Shown here: positions 39,421 through 50,521 of the stretch, in pieces
Numbering within the stretch: position 1 is the first letter of the stretch
Layout of the letters: each line of letters starts with the position of its first letter
Assembly: GCA_041601615.1 (NCBI GenBank)
Contig: JBFIHX010000002.1
Coordinates: forward strand, 96,001-160,000
Direction: 5' to 3'
DNA: 64,000 nt
Source of the DNA: Thermoplasmatota archaeon
Lineage (GTDB): Archaea > Thermoplasmatota > E2 > JACPAO01 > JAHFTW01
Program-made: the position numbers and the translations under genes
The notes under the pieces: generated by a model
Seen by the model: only the letters and a program-made list of their open reading frames with translations
The model's database searches: none
Told to the model about the DNA's origin: nothing

Positions 39421-40233
39421 GTGGCAAGTCCCGTCGTTTGGACCTTCCTGAGCGTCCTCGTCGTCAGCCTAGTCAGCCTCATCGGTGCATTGAGCTTGAC
39501 CTTTGGAGCGCTCAAGCGTCACGGCGTGATGATGTTCCTGATCGCCATGGCGGCCGGGACACTCCTTGGCGACGCGATGCTGCATCTTCTTCCCGAAGCG
39601 GCCGAAGTTGGCGGATTTACTCCCCGCATTGGCGGCTTCGTGCTCGGCGGCTTCCTGGTGATGTTTGGTATCGAGGTCGTGTTGCGACGCGGCCACAGCC
39701 ACGCCGAGGCAATCGAACCTGCTGAGCACCACCATGACGATGGCCACGGGCACGGCGCCGACAGCGACCACGTCCAGCCGTTCGGGTGGATCAATCTCGT
39801 AGGCGACGCGCTGCACAACCTCCTGGACGGCGTCATCATCGCGGCGGCGTTCTTGATCGACACCTCCGCCGGCATCGCCACAACCATTGCGGTGCTTGCC
39901 CACGAAGTGCCTCAGGAACTTGGCGACTTCGCGGTCTTGGTGCGAAGCGGCATGAGCCACAAGAAGGCCCTAGCCCTGAACCTAGCAAGTGCGCTTTGGG
40001 CGGTGGCAGGTGCCGTGGCGGTGCTTGCAGCAGGCCTTGACCCAGACACGCTCACGACCCTGGCGCTGCCTCTCATCGCGGGTGCATTCGTCTACATCGC
40101 GGCAGCTGATCTCGTGCCGGAACTGCACCACCACAACAAGGGCCGCGACGTGGCCGTGATTGTCACGGGACTATTGGTGGGTCTCCTATCCATGTGGTTG
40201 TTGCTGGGTTTGGAAGACGTGCTGCCGGCGTAG
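39421..40233 (+). CDS. ZIP family zinc transporter
   Basis: LHLLPEA, His-rich loop, GDALHNLLDG, HEVPQELGDF. Confidence 0.93.
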   Translation: MASPVVWTFLSVLVVSLVSLIGALSLTFGALKRHGVMMFLIAMAAGTLLGDAMLHLLPEAAEVGGFTPRIGGFVLGGFLVMFGIEVVLRRGHSHAEAIEPAEHHHDDGHGHGADSDHVQPFGWINLVGDALHNLLDGVIIAAAFLIDTSAGIATTIAVLAHEVPQELGDFAVLVRSGMSHKKALALNLASALWAVAGAVAVLAAGLDPDTLTTLALPLIAGAFVYIAAADLVPELHHHNKGRDVAVIVTGLLVGLLSMWLLLGLEDVLPA

Positions 40234-40487
40234 CGCAGTGCGCCAGAACCCCCTGGCTGCCTGGGTGAGCGGTTCGTTCTGCATCACGTTCGTGCCAAGT
40301 CGCGTCAGTTCCAGGTTGAAGGCGGCGTCGCCTAGGTATCACCATGAGGGAGCGTCGAGCCCATGTGAAGCAAGACCGCCACGATGACGGCTCTGTGATT
40401 TCTTGCTCTGGGAATCAATGCAGACGGGCGGGTGCTCGCGGCGCGTGGCGTAGAATCAAGGCGCAATCTGGAGCCCGTTGGCGGGAC

Positions 40488-42521
40488 TCACATGCCCCAA
40501 AAGCGATCCACCTTGCGCTTGACCATCATCATCTCTTCGAGCACATCGCGCTCTTCCGGCTTGATCTGCCCCTCGTGCCAGAGCCACTTCGCGTCGCCGG
40601 CGGGGATGTCCATGTACAGCACATCGCCCTCCTTGATCTGGCGACCGATGGTGGGGCCAGGAACACTGATGGCCACTTCATCGCCCATTTTGGCAATGTG
40701 TGCCGTGTGGTTGTCCTTCTGGATGCTGCGGATGCGCCCCACGTCCTGGCCGTCTTGGCGAATCAAAACGCGGCCGTTGTGCAGTTCGCCTGCAAGCACG
40801 CGCACGCCAAACACGGCGGGGTCGCGCTGGCGGAACGAACAGCCATCCAGGAACAAGACCTTGCACGGGTGGACACGGGTCTGGCGCTGCTTGGCCTCGA
40901 TTTCCGCCTTTTTCTTGGCCAGCCAATCCTGGTAGTCTTCCACGAGCGAGTAGATGACCTTGTCCGCAAACACGGGCAGCTCCTTGTCTGCCGCCTCCGC
41001 CTCCACGCCGGGCAGCATTTTGACACTGAAGCCAAGTAGGACTCGGTACAGGGGATCCGTCATGGCAGACGCTTCCATCACATCGCGGCGGCTGATATCT
41101 CCGACGCGTGCGTTGCGAATGGGAATCCCGAGGGCTCCTAGCTCTCCCGCGAGCGCTTCGAGGCTTCCGATGGTGTCCGCCTTGACGTAGACACCGTGGT
41201 CCTTGAGCGGGATGTTGATCTGGCTTGCTTTCTCCACGGCCTCCCAGGCTTCGTCGTCGTTGCCGTCACGAAGCACCCGCATCGGTGCCCCTGACACCAC
41301 GTCTTCTACGTCGGTGCACACAAGCTTGATGCCGGCCGCCGCAACCACTTCGTCCACGTCATCAAACGCCTTGCGTGCGTCGCGCATATCGTCGTTGGGC
41401 GAAGGCTTGAGAAGGGCTCGAATGGAGCGCTCGATTGGTTCGCCTTGGGTTCCGAGGAGGATGCGATCGTCCTTGCGGATGCTGCCAGCGTACAGCACAA
41501 GGTCCAAGGTTTGGCCGAGGCCCTTGTCTTCCTTGACCTCCAGGATCGTGCCTTCGCCGGGCATGTCTGAGTCACTGACCAAGCGTTCTTCGAGGAACTT
41601 TTGCGCAAGGCCCACCAGCATCGCCAGCAAGTCCTGGATGCCCTCGCCGCTTGTGGCACAGGTGGGCACGATGGCAATTTGCTTGGTGAAATTTCCAACG
41701 CGGTCGTAGCGCTCCGAAGGGAGGCCCTGGTCGTACAGCGCACCGATGAGTTGGTAGAACTTCTCGTCGAAGCGACCAAGGACCTCCGCGCTCTGGTTCT
41801 TGACATTGTGAATGAAGGGCTTGTCGGCCGTTTTCCATCCCTGAATGCGGTCCACCTTGTTGGCGGCGACGATGAAGGGCGTCTTGGCGCGCTTGAGAAT
41901 GTTGATGCTCTCGATGGTTTGCGGCTTGAAGCCCTCGTTGAGGTCAACCACCAGCACCGCGATGTCGGCCAATTGCCCACCGCGGCCCCGCAGGCTGCTG
42001 AAGGCATGGTGACCAGGGGTGTCGATGCAGAGAAGGCCAGGAACGCCGAAGTTCTTGTTGGCAAGCAAGACACCCGCGCGCTCCATGATGGTTGCCATCG
42101 GCACTTCACTGGCGCCGATGTGCTGGGTGATGGCTCCGGCTTCGCGAGAGAACACCTTCGAGCCACGGATGCGATCCAGAATGCTGGTTTTGCCGTGGTC
42201 CACATGGCCAAGGACACTGACGATGGGATGCCGCTGGTAGTGGGTGTCGCTTTTGGCTTGCAGCGAAGAGAGCGTCTTGTGTGCGTCGCCTTCGGTCGCT
42301 TTCATCGCCTCGGCTTTAACCTTCTCCAGGGTCTCCTTGCTGACCTGGATCGTCTGGTCGGCGCGGGCTTCGCTGCGGCGCTTCTTTTCTTCGAGAGTGA
42401 GTTCTTCCGGCTCTGGCTCGACCGCTTCCTCGGGCTCCTCAACAAGGTCTCCGAACTCTGCCTCCAGCTCGGCGGCTAGTTCGTCGGCGAGAATTTCCTC
42501 GTCGGTGCGGTCGTCCATCAT
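40488..42521 (-). CDS. infB: Translation initiation factor aIF5B (IF-2) with acidic N-terminal extension
   Basis: [52 protein letters not shown] end. Confidence 0.97.
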   Translation of the reverse strand: MMDDRTDEEILADELAAELEAEFGDLVEEPEEAVEPEPEELTLEEKKRRSEARADQTIQVSKETLEKVKAEAMKATEGDAHKTLSSLQAKSDTHYQRHPIVSVLGHVDHGKTSILDRIRGSKVFSREAGAITQHIGASEVPMATIMERAGVLLANKNFGVPGLLCIDTPGHHAFSSLRGRGGQLADIAVLVVDLNEGFKPQTIESINILKRAKTPFIVAANKVDRIQGWKTADKPFIHNVKNQSAEVLGRFDEKFYQLIGALYDQGLPSERYDRVGNFTKQIAIVPTCATSGEGIQDLLAMLVGLAQKFLEERLVSDSDMPGEGTILEVKEDKGLGQTLDLVLYAGSIRKDDRILLGTQGEPIERSIRALLKPSPNDDMRDARKAFDDVDEVVAAAGIKLVCTDVEDVVSGAPMRVLRDGNDDEAWEAVEKASQINIPLKDHGVYVKADTIGSLEALAGELGALGIPIRNARVGDISRRDVMEASAMTDPLYRVLLGFSVKMLPGVEAEAADKELPVFADKVIYSLVEDYQDWLAKKKAEIEAKQRQTRVHPCKVLFLDGCSFRQRDPAVFGVRVLAGELHNGRVLIRQDGQDVGRIRSIQKDNHTAHIAKMGDEVAISVPGPTIGRQIKEGDVLYMDIPAGDAKWLWHEGQIKPEERDVLEEMMMVKRKVDRFWGM

Positions 42522-42744
42522 CGAAGCGGCCCACTGAGGGCGGCTACATGGGGCTTGTGGGGCGTTGGCGCGTGCCGGGGGGCGGGACTGGCCCGGGAGC
42601 GCGGTTTGGGAGGCGCGGAATCCGTTGGGTGCGGGTCTGGAAGACGGGTTCCATGCCGAGTCGGGCGCGGGGGGAGAGCACTTGTCTCATCGAATCAGAG
42701 GAACCGCTGCCGGGCTTGGAGGCTCTGCCAAGAGGATAGCGAAA

Positions 42745-43359
42745 CTATTGCGCTGGCATCGCCTCGAATTCGTCGATGGCCAACCATCCGGGCAAAGCTT
42801 CTATGCGTGCAATCCAGGACTGAATGGCTGGATACGGCGCCAAGTCAAAGTTGCCTTCGGGCGCAACGTGGGTGTACGCATACAGGGCGATGTCGGCTAG
42901 GGTTGGGGTGTTGCCCACGAACCAATCGCGGCGGGCCAGGTGCTGTTCCATGACGGCGAGTGCGTGTTCGCCGCCCGCCCGCTTGCTGGCCATGGTGGCG
43001 TCCCTTGCGGGGCCGGGCGCATCAAAGTGCAGCACGGCGCGGCTTGTGGCGATGTACGGTTCGTGGCTGTATTGCTCAAAGAACATCCATTGCAGCACTT
43101 GGGCGCGGGTGCGGCGGTCGGCGGGGAGCCACTCGGTCCCGTCGGCAAGGTATGCGAGGATGGCGCCCGACTCCCAGACCACGAAGCCTTCATCGTCGAG
43201 GACGGGCACCTTGCCATTCGGGTTTAGGGCGCGAAATTCGCTGGTGCGGGGGTCCTCGAAGAAGTTGGTCGGCGTGTGCTCGTATTGTTTTCCAAGCAAG
43301 CTGCACAGGAGTTGGATCTTGTACACGTTGCCGGAGGAGCCGTGGCCATACAGGTGCAT
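42745..43359 (-). CDS. Glutathione S-transferase family protein
   Basis: SGNVYK, LNPNGKVPVL, WESGAIL, QWMFFEQYSHEP, TLADIALYAYTH. Confidence 0.92.
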   Translation of the reverse strand: MHLYGHGSSGNVYKIQLLCSLLGKQYEHTPTNFFEDPRTSEFRALNPNGKVPVLDDEGFVVWESGAILAYLADGTEWLPADRRTRAQVLQWMFFEQYSHEPYIATSRAVLHFDAPGPARDATMASKRAGGEHALAVMEQHLARRDWFVGNTPTLADIALYAYTHVAPEGNFDLAPYPAIQSWIARIEALPGWLAIDEFEAMPAQ

Positions 43360-43406
43360 GACACGAGGCATCTGCATTGTACGATTAATGTCCTTGGCGC
43401 TGGGAA

Positions 43407-44867
43407 CTAGACAAGATAGCAGAGCAACGCTGCCGGAAGGCACCATACGGGGCCCCCCACATCAAACGTGTCACGGGTCACGACGACCCGAAGGGCCTCA
43501 CGGGCTGGCAGAATTCTTTGCAGCGCCTGGATTCCCGCTTGCGGGTTCGGACTGTACTTGCATTCCACCATCAACTCCACGCATGGAAGCCTCCCGACAA
43601 AATCAATCTCGGGGCTTGGAAGATACCCCAAATCGAAGCGTCGGCTCTTGAACGCGGTAAAAAGAATCCGGGAAAGATGGTCCAGAACTACGCCCTCGAC
43701 GACTTCCCCCACGCGCCCCGTGCGCTCCAAGTCGGCCAAATCAAGCTCGGCAGACAAATAGGCGCGTACCCCAGGGTCTTGGATGTAGACCTTCTCCATT
43801 TTGCGAGGTTGAGGCCTTAGATCTGGCCCCATTGCTTGGAGCGAGCGGGCCAGAAAAAGTTCCTCTGCGGCGCCTTTCCAATGGGCGGGCGTCTCCTTGT
43901 CCACTCCAAGGTCCTTTGCCCGCGCATTGCTGCTGAACTTGCCTCCGTGGTCCCTTGCCAACGCCCCTAAGAACTCAGAAAACGCCCCTGGTTTGCGGAT
44001 GCTTGGGAAATGCTTGAGGTCCTTTGATAACGCGGTCGCCAACGTGGATTCCATGAAGGCGGTTCGGTGCTGCGTTTCGGGTTCCCCCCAGGACGCCGGG
44101 TATCCTCCTTGGACGAGGTACCGATCGAATGCCGCACAAAGGACCGGCCACGCATCTTGAACATCGAACCACAGCAGTTCAAGGGCCGCTGCCAGGCTTT
44201 CTAGGTCCTGGAACTCGGCGTGGGCCAATGCGGCCCGTGCGCGCATGGCTTCTCTAAAAATTGGCGAACCCGGGCCAAAAATGGCGGGGTCCAATGCCTC
44301 CATGGCTTCGTTGAACTTCAACGGATACAGGTCATGTCGAACGGCGCGCCCTGGAAGGTCTGCTTCAGGGTTCAGTAGGGCTGCGCTGCTGCTTCCGGTT
44401 GCAACCACCCGCAAAATCGTGGAATGGGTGTCATGAAGCGCTTTCAGTTCGTTTGCCCAATTATCCAAGCTGTGGATTTCGTCCAAAAAGAGGTACACAT
44501 CTTCCTTGGATTCCTGGAGTGGCCCTCGTAGCAAGAGGCGCTCGACCATATCGACGAGCGGAGTCAAGTGCCCTTGCGTCTCCGCCTGAATTCGCGGCAG
44601 GTCGGTCGGGCAGTAGATGATGCGTCGGGAATCTACGCCGTCGTCCAGCAGCGCTTTCATGAGATGGCCGACTGTCGTGGTTTTTCCGATTTGCCGGGGT
44701 CCCGCCAGGATACGAATCTGGCGCTGCGCAGGGTCGCGCAACAAGCCTTGAAGGACATGGAAGACGCGCCGTTTTTGCGCATTTTTTAGCACCATCCGCG
44801 AAATCTCGCCCCCTGCCCAGTGGGGGTTCCAGTGCAGGAGTGCCTGGTAGAGTTCGGTTTCGCCCAT
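43407..44867 (-). CDS. AAA_14 ATPase with DUF4143 domain (COG1373)
   Basis: NPHW, GPRQIGKTT, FLDEIH, TGSS, PLKFNE, YLVQGGYP, KVYIQDPG, EIDFV..VECK; TTATATA about 25 nt upstream. Confidence 0.88.
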   Translation of the reverse strand: MGETELYQALLHWNPHWAGGEISRMVLKNAQKRRVFHVLQGLLRDPAQRQIRILAGPRQIGKTTTVGHLMKALLDDGVDSRRIIYCPTDLPRIQAETQGHLTPLVDMVERLLLRGPLQESKEDVYLFLDEIHSLDNWANELKALHDTHSTILRVVATGSSSAALLNPEADLPGRAVRHDLYPLKFNEAMEALDPAIFGPGSPIFREAMRARAALAHAEFQDLESLAAALELLWFDVQDAWPVLCAAFDRYLVQGGYPASWGEPETQHRTAFMESTLATALSKDLKHFPSIRKPGAFSEFLGALARDHGGKFSSNARAKDLGVDKETPAHWKGAAEELFLARSLQAMGPDLRPQPRKMEKVYIQDPGVRAYLSAELDLADLERTGRVGEVVEGVVLDHLSRILFTAFKSRRFDLGYLPSPEIDFVGRLPCVELMVECKYSPNPQAGIQALQRILPAREALRVVVTRDTFDVGGPVWCLPAALLCYLV

Positions 44868-45020
44868 GCTCGACGCAGGCCATTTTTGTATATAAGTCAT
44901 CGGTGCAAACCGAAACTATTTCGATAAAATAGCGGTTTGAAACGAGATTTTTGGGCACGGGCAACCCGCTTCACCGGGCGCCATTCGGGATGCTGCAGGC
45001 GGAGGCGCGCCGAGTTCCAA

Positions 45021-45473
45021 CTACTCGAACATCCACTCTTCGCCGGCGCGGGTGTACGCGGCGCCGCCGTTGGGGAACCAGAGGCCGATTTCGAAGGCGG
45101 CGGTCTCGGCGCTGTCGCTGCCGTGGATGATGTTGCGGCCGATGTGCTGGCCAAGGTCGAAGCGGATCTCTCCGGGCTTGCCTTCGACGGGGTTGGTGGC
45201 TCCCATGAGGGCTCGGCTCACAGCGATGGCGCCTTCGCCTTCGATGAGCATCGGGACGACGGGGGCGCTTTGGATGAACTCCACGAGGCCGGGGTAGAAG
45301 GGGCGCTCCTTGTGGACTTCGTAGTGCTTGGCGACGATGGCAGGGTCGGCCATCTCAAGGCGCATGGCCTTGATTTTCATGCCCTTTGCTTCAAAGCGGC
45401 TAACGATGTTTCCGACGAGGCCGCGGCTGACGGCGTCGGGCTTGATCATGACGAAGGTCTGTTCGATTGCCAT
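45021..45473 (-). CDS. ndk: Nucleoside diphosphate kinase
   Basis: TFVMIKPD, HY..H..RPF, GATNP, RNIIHGSDS. Confidence 0.98.
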   Translation of the reverse strand: MAIEQTFVMIKPDAVSRGLVGNIVSRFEAKGMKIKAMRLEMADPAIVAKHYEVHKERPFYPGLVEFIQSAPVVPMLIEGEGAIAVSRALMGATNPVEGKPGEIRFDLGQHIGRNIIHGSDSAETAAFEIGLWFPNGGAAYTRAGEEWMFE

Positions 45474-45573
45474 GGGCGCGGCGACCCCGGCAGGGGCAAA
45501 AGCGTTGTGCGCGATGTCGCAAGGTGGGACAGGAGGCGCCGAAGGGGCGGGGAGGGGAGCGGAGGCCGCGGCT

Positions 45574-47325
45574 TTAGTCGATGCGTGGGAGGATCATGGT
45601 CACGGTGGCGCCGGGCCCGTTTGAGACTTCCAATCGGCCGCCAAACAACTGCACTACTAGGCGTGCCAGTCGTAGTCCGACGCCGAAGCCCGTGTCGGCT
45701 ACATCGGCGCTGTGTCCTTCCATCAAGGGCGTGTGGAGTGCGGCAACGGCGTGCGCGGGCAATCCAGGTCCTTGGTCGTGGACTTCGATGCGGAGGTCCG
45801 TTGGTGTCGCTTGCACCAAAACGTGGCCCGCTCCAGGGCCGCCATAGCGTTGGGCGTTTTCAATGAGTTCCTGGACGGCGCGGCGCAGGGAGGGGGGGTG
45901 CACGCGGGCGGCCGCTTCCGGGTTTCCCTCTACACGCACGATCAAGGAATGTTCCGGGGTCTGCTGTGTTGCGGCTTGGCGCACTTCGTTTGCGATTTCT
46001 TCCAAGCTAAGCGTGTGGAAGGTGGTGCGCCGTTGGGCCAGAAGCACTTGTGCCAGCGCGTCGAGTTTCTCAGTTTTTACGCGCAGTTCTTCAGTCGCTC
46101 GCAGGCCGGTGGCGGCGTTTCGTCGCGCCGCGTCTAGGTTTCCGGATTCCAGTGCAATGCGCAGCACTTCTTGGGAAAGGATTAGTCGAGTGAGAGGCGT
46201 TCGCACTTGGTGGGAGACATGGTTGAACAGCTCTGCGCGGGTGTTTTCGAGTCCGTCGAGCGCCTCGGCCATGGTGTTGAAGGATGTTTCAAGGGCGCGA
46301 AATTCACGGGGGGCTCTGGGGACTTCCATTCGGGCAGACAGGTCGCCAGCGGTTACGCGCCGTGAGGCGTCCTCTACGGCACGCAGGGGATCTCGAACGG
46401 TGACTGCCATAATCCATGCAGCCAGAACGCCTCCAAGCACCAGCGCGGATCCTCCCAGGGCGGCGCGGGCTACCAGGAGGCGCGAGGTGGCGGCCTCGGC
46501 GGGGCCAAGGGGCAATCCGGCTACAATCAATGCCCGGACCTCGCCATCCGCTCCCAGAGTGGTGCGAACGGTGTACACGAATGGTTCGCCATCAGGGGAG
46601 GCGCGCCAGGAGCCAAGAGATTGAGTAGCTTCTTCAAACAAGGCTCGGGCGGCTTCGGGGCGAATGGCTGCGGTGTCTACGAGGAGATCTCCCGTGGGGC
46701 TGAACATCAGAATGTGGATCCCCTCGGCGTCGGCTAGTCCCGAGAGTTGGTTGCGCAAGATCTCAAGGTGCATGGCGCCGGCCACGATGCGATCGGGGGC
46801 GTCTGGGCCTACAGGCACTGCAAAGGGTACGACCCAGTCTTGGATGCGTTCGTCCCAAGCTGCGGCGGTGATGGCAAATCCCCCCATGCTCGATGCGGCA
46901 AGGACTGCGTCGTCTAGAAACGGGGCCGCGTCGAGCAGGCCGTCGCCTCGACATAGCAATTGATCGCCCTGGTAAACGGCGAGTGCTGCGAGGCGTGGTT
47001 CTTCGCCGCGAACGCCTTGCAGGATTGGGGCGCACTCGCCCAAGCTGCCCTCTCGCACTTGGGGCAGCGCCGTCAAAGGCCGGAGAAATCCGTGCATTTC
47101 TGCCAGCATGCTCTCCTCGCGCACGGCGACGCGTGCCTCTAGGTCTCGGGTCCGCGTGGCGATGCCGGCGCGAGCGTCCTGTTCGTCGTTGTAGGTGTCC
47201 ACTACGAGGGCGGCAAGCAGTGGCAGGAGCGCCACGACCACCACCGCGAGTACGCGTCCTGTGAGGGGTACGTTGTGCAGCCAACCCCTGGCAGTCACGG
47301 CGCCAAGTGCAAGCCCAATGTCCAT
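45574..47325 (-). CDS. Membrane sensor histidine kinase (Cache-like + HAMP + HisKA + HATPase)
   Basis: Two TMs; HAMP 'REFRALETSFNTMA'; VSHQVRTPL; ENAQRY; DQGPG; GFGVGL. Confidence 0.87.
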   Translation of the reverse strand: MDIGLALGAVTARGWLHNVPLTGRVLAVVVVALLPLLAALVVDTYNDEQDARAGIATRTRDLEARVAVREESMLAEMHGFLRPLTALPQVREGSLGECAPILQGVRGEEPRLAALAVYQGDQLLCRGDGLLDAAPFLDDAVLAASSMGGFAITAAAWDERIQDWVVPFAVPVGPDAPDRIVAGAMHLEILRNQLSGLADAEGIHILMFSPTGDLLVDTAAIRPEAARALFEEATQSLGSWRASPDGEPFVYTVRTTLGADGEVRALIVAGLPLGPAEAATSRLLVARAALGGSALVLGGVLAAWIMAVTVRDPLRAVEDASRRVTAGDLSARMEVPRAPREFRALETSFNTMAEALDGLENTRAELFNHVSHQVRTPLTRLILSQEVLRIALESGNLDAARRNAATGLRATEELRVKTEKLDALAQVLLAQRRTTFHTLSLEEIANEVRQAATQQTPEHSLIVRVEGNPEAAARVHPPSLRRAVQELIENAQRYGGPGAGHVLVQATPTDLRIEVHDQGPGLPAHAVAALHTPLMEGHSADVADTGFGVGLRLARLVVQLFGGRLEVSNGPGATVTMILPRID

Positions 47326-47382
47326 GGACCTGTCGGCGAAGACGGGCGGAGAGGAAGGAGTTCTTGGGCGTGGGGCGGCGCG

Positions 47383-48885
47383 CTATCTTCGGCGAGCGAC
47401 TGCAACGGCGGCTAGCAGGACGAGAAGCGCCACGACTCCGGGGCCGGGTACTTCTGGGTCGTCGGTGGGCGGAGCCACCACATCGGGTTCGATGCCGTTG
47501 CCGGCGGTGTCGAATGCGGCAAACAGTCCTTGTCCCTCGGTTTGGCGCAGCACCTTGCCCACGCGCTGTCGGTAGCCGTTGCTGCCGGGTTCCGCAGTAT
47601 CGGCACACTCGCCGACGCAACCGTCGGCCCAGCCGATGTGAACGCGGCCCATGCTGTCGATGTCCATGTCGTTGAAGTCCAGGAGGTTGCGGCAGTTGCT
47701 GCTTCCGGATACGACCACATCGTACACCCCGCCCACTTGGATGGGGTCGTTGGTAAGCTTGTGAACACTCCATGTTGCGCCCGCGTCGTAGGTGAATGCG
47801 GCGTAGTAGTTCCAGACCAGTTCGGCTTGGCGCTCGTCGCATTGGTAGATTTGGTTGCTTTGCAGGAATTCGAGATCGGCACCGGGCCCGCCTTCGAGGC
47901 CGATGAAGGTGATGGCTGCGCGGTCGTCGTCCCCCACTTGCACGTCGGCAAAGGTGCCAGCTACGATGGGAGGGTCGTGAAATTGGCCAATGTCCAGCCA
48001 TTTCGCTCCGGCGCCATCCCCGCCGCCAGTACCGAGTGTTTCCCAGGATGCTCCTTCGTCCTTGGTCATGGCCACATGGATGCCGTGTTCGCTTGCCATG
48101 CCGTAGTACATCCAACCGCCGGGCCGACTGAATTGGAGGCTGGGGTCGAAGCCATTCGTCCATTCCTCGGTGCCCGCGATGGTGTTGCTTTGGTAGGTCA
48201 ATCCGTTGTCGGCGGTGCTGATGTAGCCAAGTTCCCCGCAGCCCGCAACCGGGACCGCCATGAGTCCCGTGGCGCGAGACACGCGGATGTGGCCGTGGAA
48301 GCCGCCGCAGGTGCCACCCACATCCTGGAAGGGCAGGAAAGTCTGGCCGCCATCAAAGCTGACGGTGCAGGCGATGGCGCCGAATTGGCCGCAGTAGTAG
48401 ACGTTGTGGGCAAACAGGAGGTTCGGGCTGCCTTCCGTGCCGGGGCCGCTCCCGATGCTTTGGTGGTCAAAACGTACACCACTGCACATGTTTCCCGTGG
48501 GCACCCAGGTGCTGCCGTCGTCATCGGTCCAAAACATCACAGAACAAGGTCCCGCGAGTCCACCGGCCCAAACGCGACCAAGATCCGGATCTGCGTGCAG
48601 CATTGGGTCAAGGTTGGTGGGCACTTGGTATTCAGCGGTCACGTCCACCCACTGCACGCCGCCGCCGGTTGCGTCAAACGCGCCACGAATCGTGCTGCTG
48701 CCAGCGTGGAAGTACACATAGTCGGTGTTCCACGGGATGCCGAGCGTCGGTTCGGGAGCGTTTTCGGCGCCGGGCACCGCGTACTCGGTAAATCCTGGCT
48801 CGCCGTTGCCAAATCCGGCAGCATCCACACCCGGCACCAAGCCGAATGCGATGAGCAAAACTAGGCTGGTCGCGGCATTCTTCAT
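47383..48885 (-). CDS. Secreted Asp-box (BNR/sialidase-like) protein with sorting signal, copy 1
   Basis: TDDDGSTW, SFDGGQTF, TADNGLTY, TKDEGASW, TYDAGATW; VPGPG + TM + RRR. Confidence 0.8.
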   Translation of the reverse strand: MKNAATSLVLLIAFGLVPGVDAAGFGNGEPGFTEYAVPGAENAPEPTLGIPWNTDYVYFHAGSSTIRGAFDATGGGVQWVDVTAEYQVPTNLDPMLHADPDLGRVWAGGLAGPCSVMFWTDDDGSTWVPTGNMCSGVRFDHQSIGSGPGTEGSPNLLFAHNVYYCGQFGAIACTVSFDGGQTFLPFQDVGGTCGGFHGHIRVSRATGLMAVPVAGCGELGYISTADNGLTYQSNTIAGTEEWTNGFDPSLQFSRPGGWMYYGMASEHGIHVAMTKDEGASWETLGTGGGDGAGAKWLDIGQFHDPPIVAGTFADVQVGDDDRAAITFIGLEGGPGADLEFLQSNQIYQCDERQAELVWNYYAAFTYDAGATWSVHKLTNDPIQVGGVYDVVVSGSSNCRNLLDFNDMDIDSMGRVHIGWADGCVGECADTAEPGSNGYRQRVGKVLRQTEGQGLFAAFDTAGNGIEPDVVAPPTDDPEVPGPGVVALLVLLAAVAVARRR

Positions 48886-48929
48886 GCCAGCCAGTGGCCC
48901 CCGCCGGGGATGAACGTTGTGCCCAATCC

Positions 48930-50417
48930 CTACGGACGCTTTCGTGCCACGAGTAGGGCGCCAAACACGGCCGCGAGCACGAGCAAGGCGCCCGGTGCTG
49001 CGATGCCCTCGGAGTCACCGTCCTCCGGGGGGTCTTCGAGGTCCTTGATGTCCGTCGGCTCCTTGTCGAATGCCGCAAACAGCCCCCGGCCATTGACTTG
49101 GCGAGCCAGCGTTGCATGGGCATCGCGGTACCCCTCCGATCCAGGTTGGAGCGTCTCGGCGCATTGCCGGGTGCAGCCGTCCGCAAGCGCAATGTGGATG
49201 CGACCTTCGCTGTCCAGATCCATGTCCTTGAAGTCCAGCAGATTTCGGCACGACCCGTCGCTGGCTGGGTCAAAACCACCATCAAAAATGCCTCCAACTT
49301 GGATGGGGTCGTCCGTAACGCGTTGCACGTCCCAGGTGTTGCCCGCGTCGTAGCTGATGGCAACGTAGGCGTGCCAGACCATGTTTTCCTGATTCTGGGA
49401 GCACTGGTGGATCGCGTCGCCGCCTCCGTATCCTCCCTCTCGCGCTTCGAGGCCTAGAAAACTCATGGCAACTCGATCGTCGTCTCCCGCCTGCACATCC
49501 GCAAACATCGCATGCACCACGGGCGGGTCATGCAGAGCGCCGATGTCGAGCCAGGCGTCCCCGTCTGCCCCAAGCGGCTCCCAGGTCAAGCCCTCGTCCT
49601 TGGAAAGTGCCACATGGGCCCCTGAATCGCCGGCTTGTCCAAAGTAGATCCAACCACTGGGTCGACTGAATTGGATGCTTGGATCAAACGCCCGCTCCGT
49701 TGGCGCCACAGGCACCGCTCGGCTGTCCCAAGTCAAGCCATCATCCTCCGTGTACGCAAATCCGGCAACTTCCCCGCAGGAAGCATCCGGCAGAGCCGCA
49801 AGCCCGGTGGCGCGAGACACCCGGATATGGCCATGGATGCCTCCACAATCCCCGAGCACCTGCACAAAGGGGCCCCACACGACGCCGCCATCCAAGCTGA
49901 AAGCGCAGGCGGTGCGCACGAGCTGAGCGCAGTAGTAGGTAGCGTGCGGAAACACCTGCAAAGCCTCAGGCGTCACCGCGAAGGGGCCGCTGCCGATGCT
50001 CTGGTGGTCAAACTGCACGCCGCTGCACATGTTGCCCGTGGGCGTCCAAGTGGAACCGTCGTCGTCCGTAAACGCCATTTGGCTGCACGGACCAAGAAGC
50101 CCGCCCGCCCAAACGCGCCCGGTGTCCGGGTCCGCGTGGACCATCGGATCTACATTCATCCGACTCGTAATGGGCGTCACGTCCTGCCAATCCGGTACAT
50201 CCATCTCGTCGAATGTGACGCGGAAAGTGGCGGTGTAGCTCTGGTAGAACACATGGTCCGTGGTCCACGGAATGCCAATCGTCGGCTCGCCGGCCGAATC
50301 CGACAAGGGCAAACCAGGGGGCGCCGCGTAGACCTCGAATGCCGGACTCCCAAGCCCAAGCTCGGCGCTCGCTACGGGCACCAACAGGAGCAGAAAAACC
50401 AGCAACAGTGTGCGCAT
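48930..50417 (-). CDS. Secreted Asp-box (BNR/sialidase-like) protein with sorting signal, copy 2
   Basis: Same Asp-boxes and Cys pattern as copy 1; AAPG + TM + RKRP. Confidence 0.8.
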   Translation of the reverse strand: MRTLLLVFLLLLVPVASAELGLGSPAFEVYAAPPGLPLSDSAGEPTIGIPWTTDHVFYQSYTATFRVTFDEMDVPDWQDVTPITSRMNVDPMVHADPDTGRVWAGGLLGPCSQMAFTDDDGSTWTPTGNMCSGVQFDHQSIGSGPFAVTPEALQVFPHATYYCAQLVRTACAFSLDGGVVWGPFVQVLGDCGGIHGHIRVSRATGLAALPDASCGEVAGFAYTEDDGLTWDSRAVPVAPTERAFDPSIQFSRPSGWIYFGQAGDSGAHVALSKDEGLTWEPLGADGDAWLDIGALHDPPVVHAMFADVQAGDDDRVAMSFLGLEAREGGYGGGDAIHQCSQNQENMVWHAYVAISYDAGNTWDVQRVTDDPIQVGGIFDGGFDPASDGSCRNLLDFKDMDLDSEGRIHIALADGCTRQCAETLQPGSEGYRDAHATLARQVNGRGLFAAFDKEPTDIKDLEDPPEDGDSEGIAAPGALLVLAAVFGALLVARKRP

Positions 50418-50521
50418 ACATCGCCATCGAAGCCTCGACTAAAGACAGACGGGTAACGAAGCGGGCATACTTTCACTTGCCCCTCCGGACAGCCTAGAAC
50501 CCCGCCAGGACTCCTCCTTAC

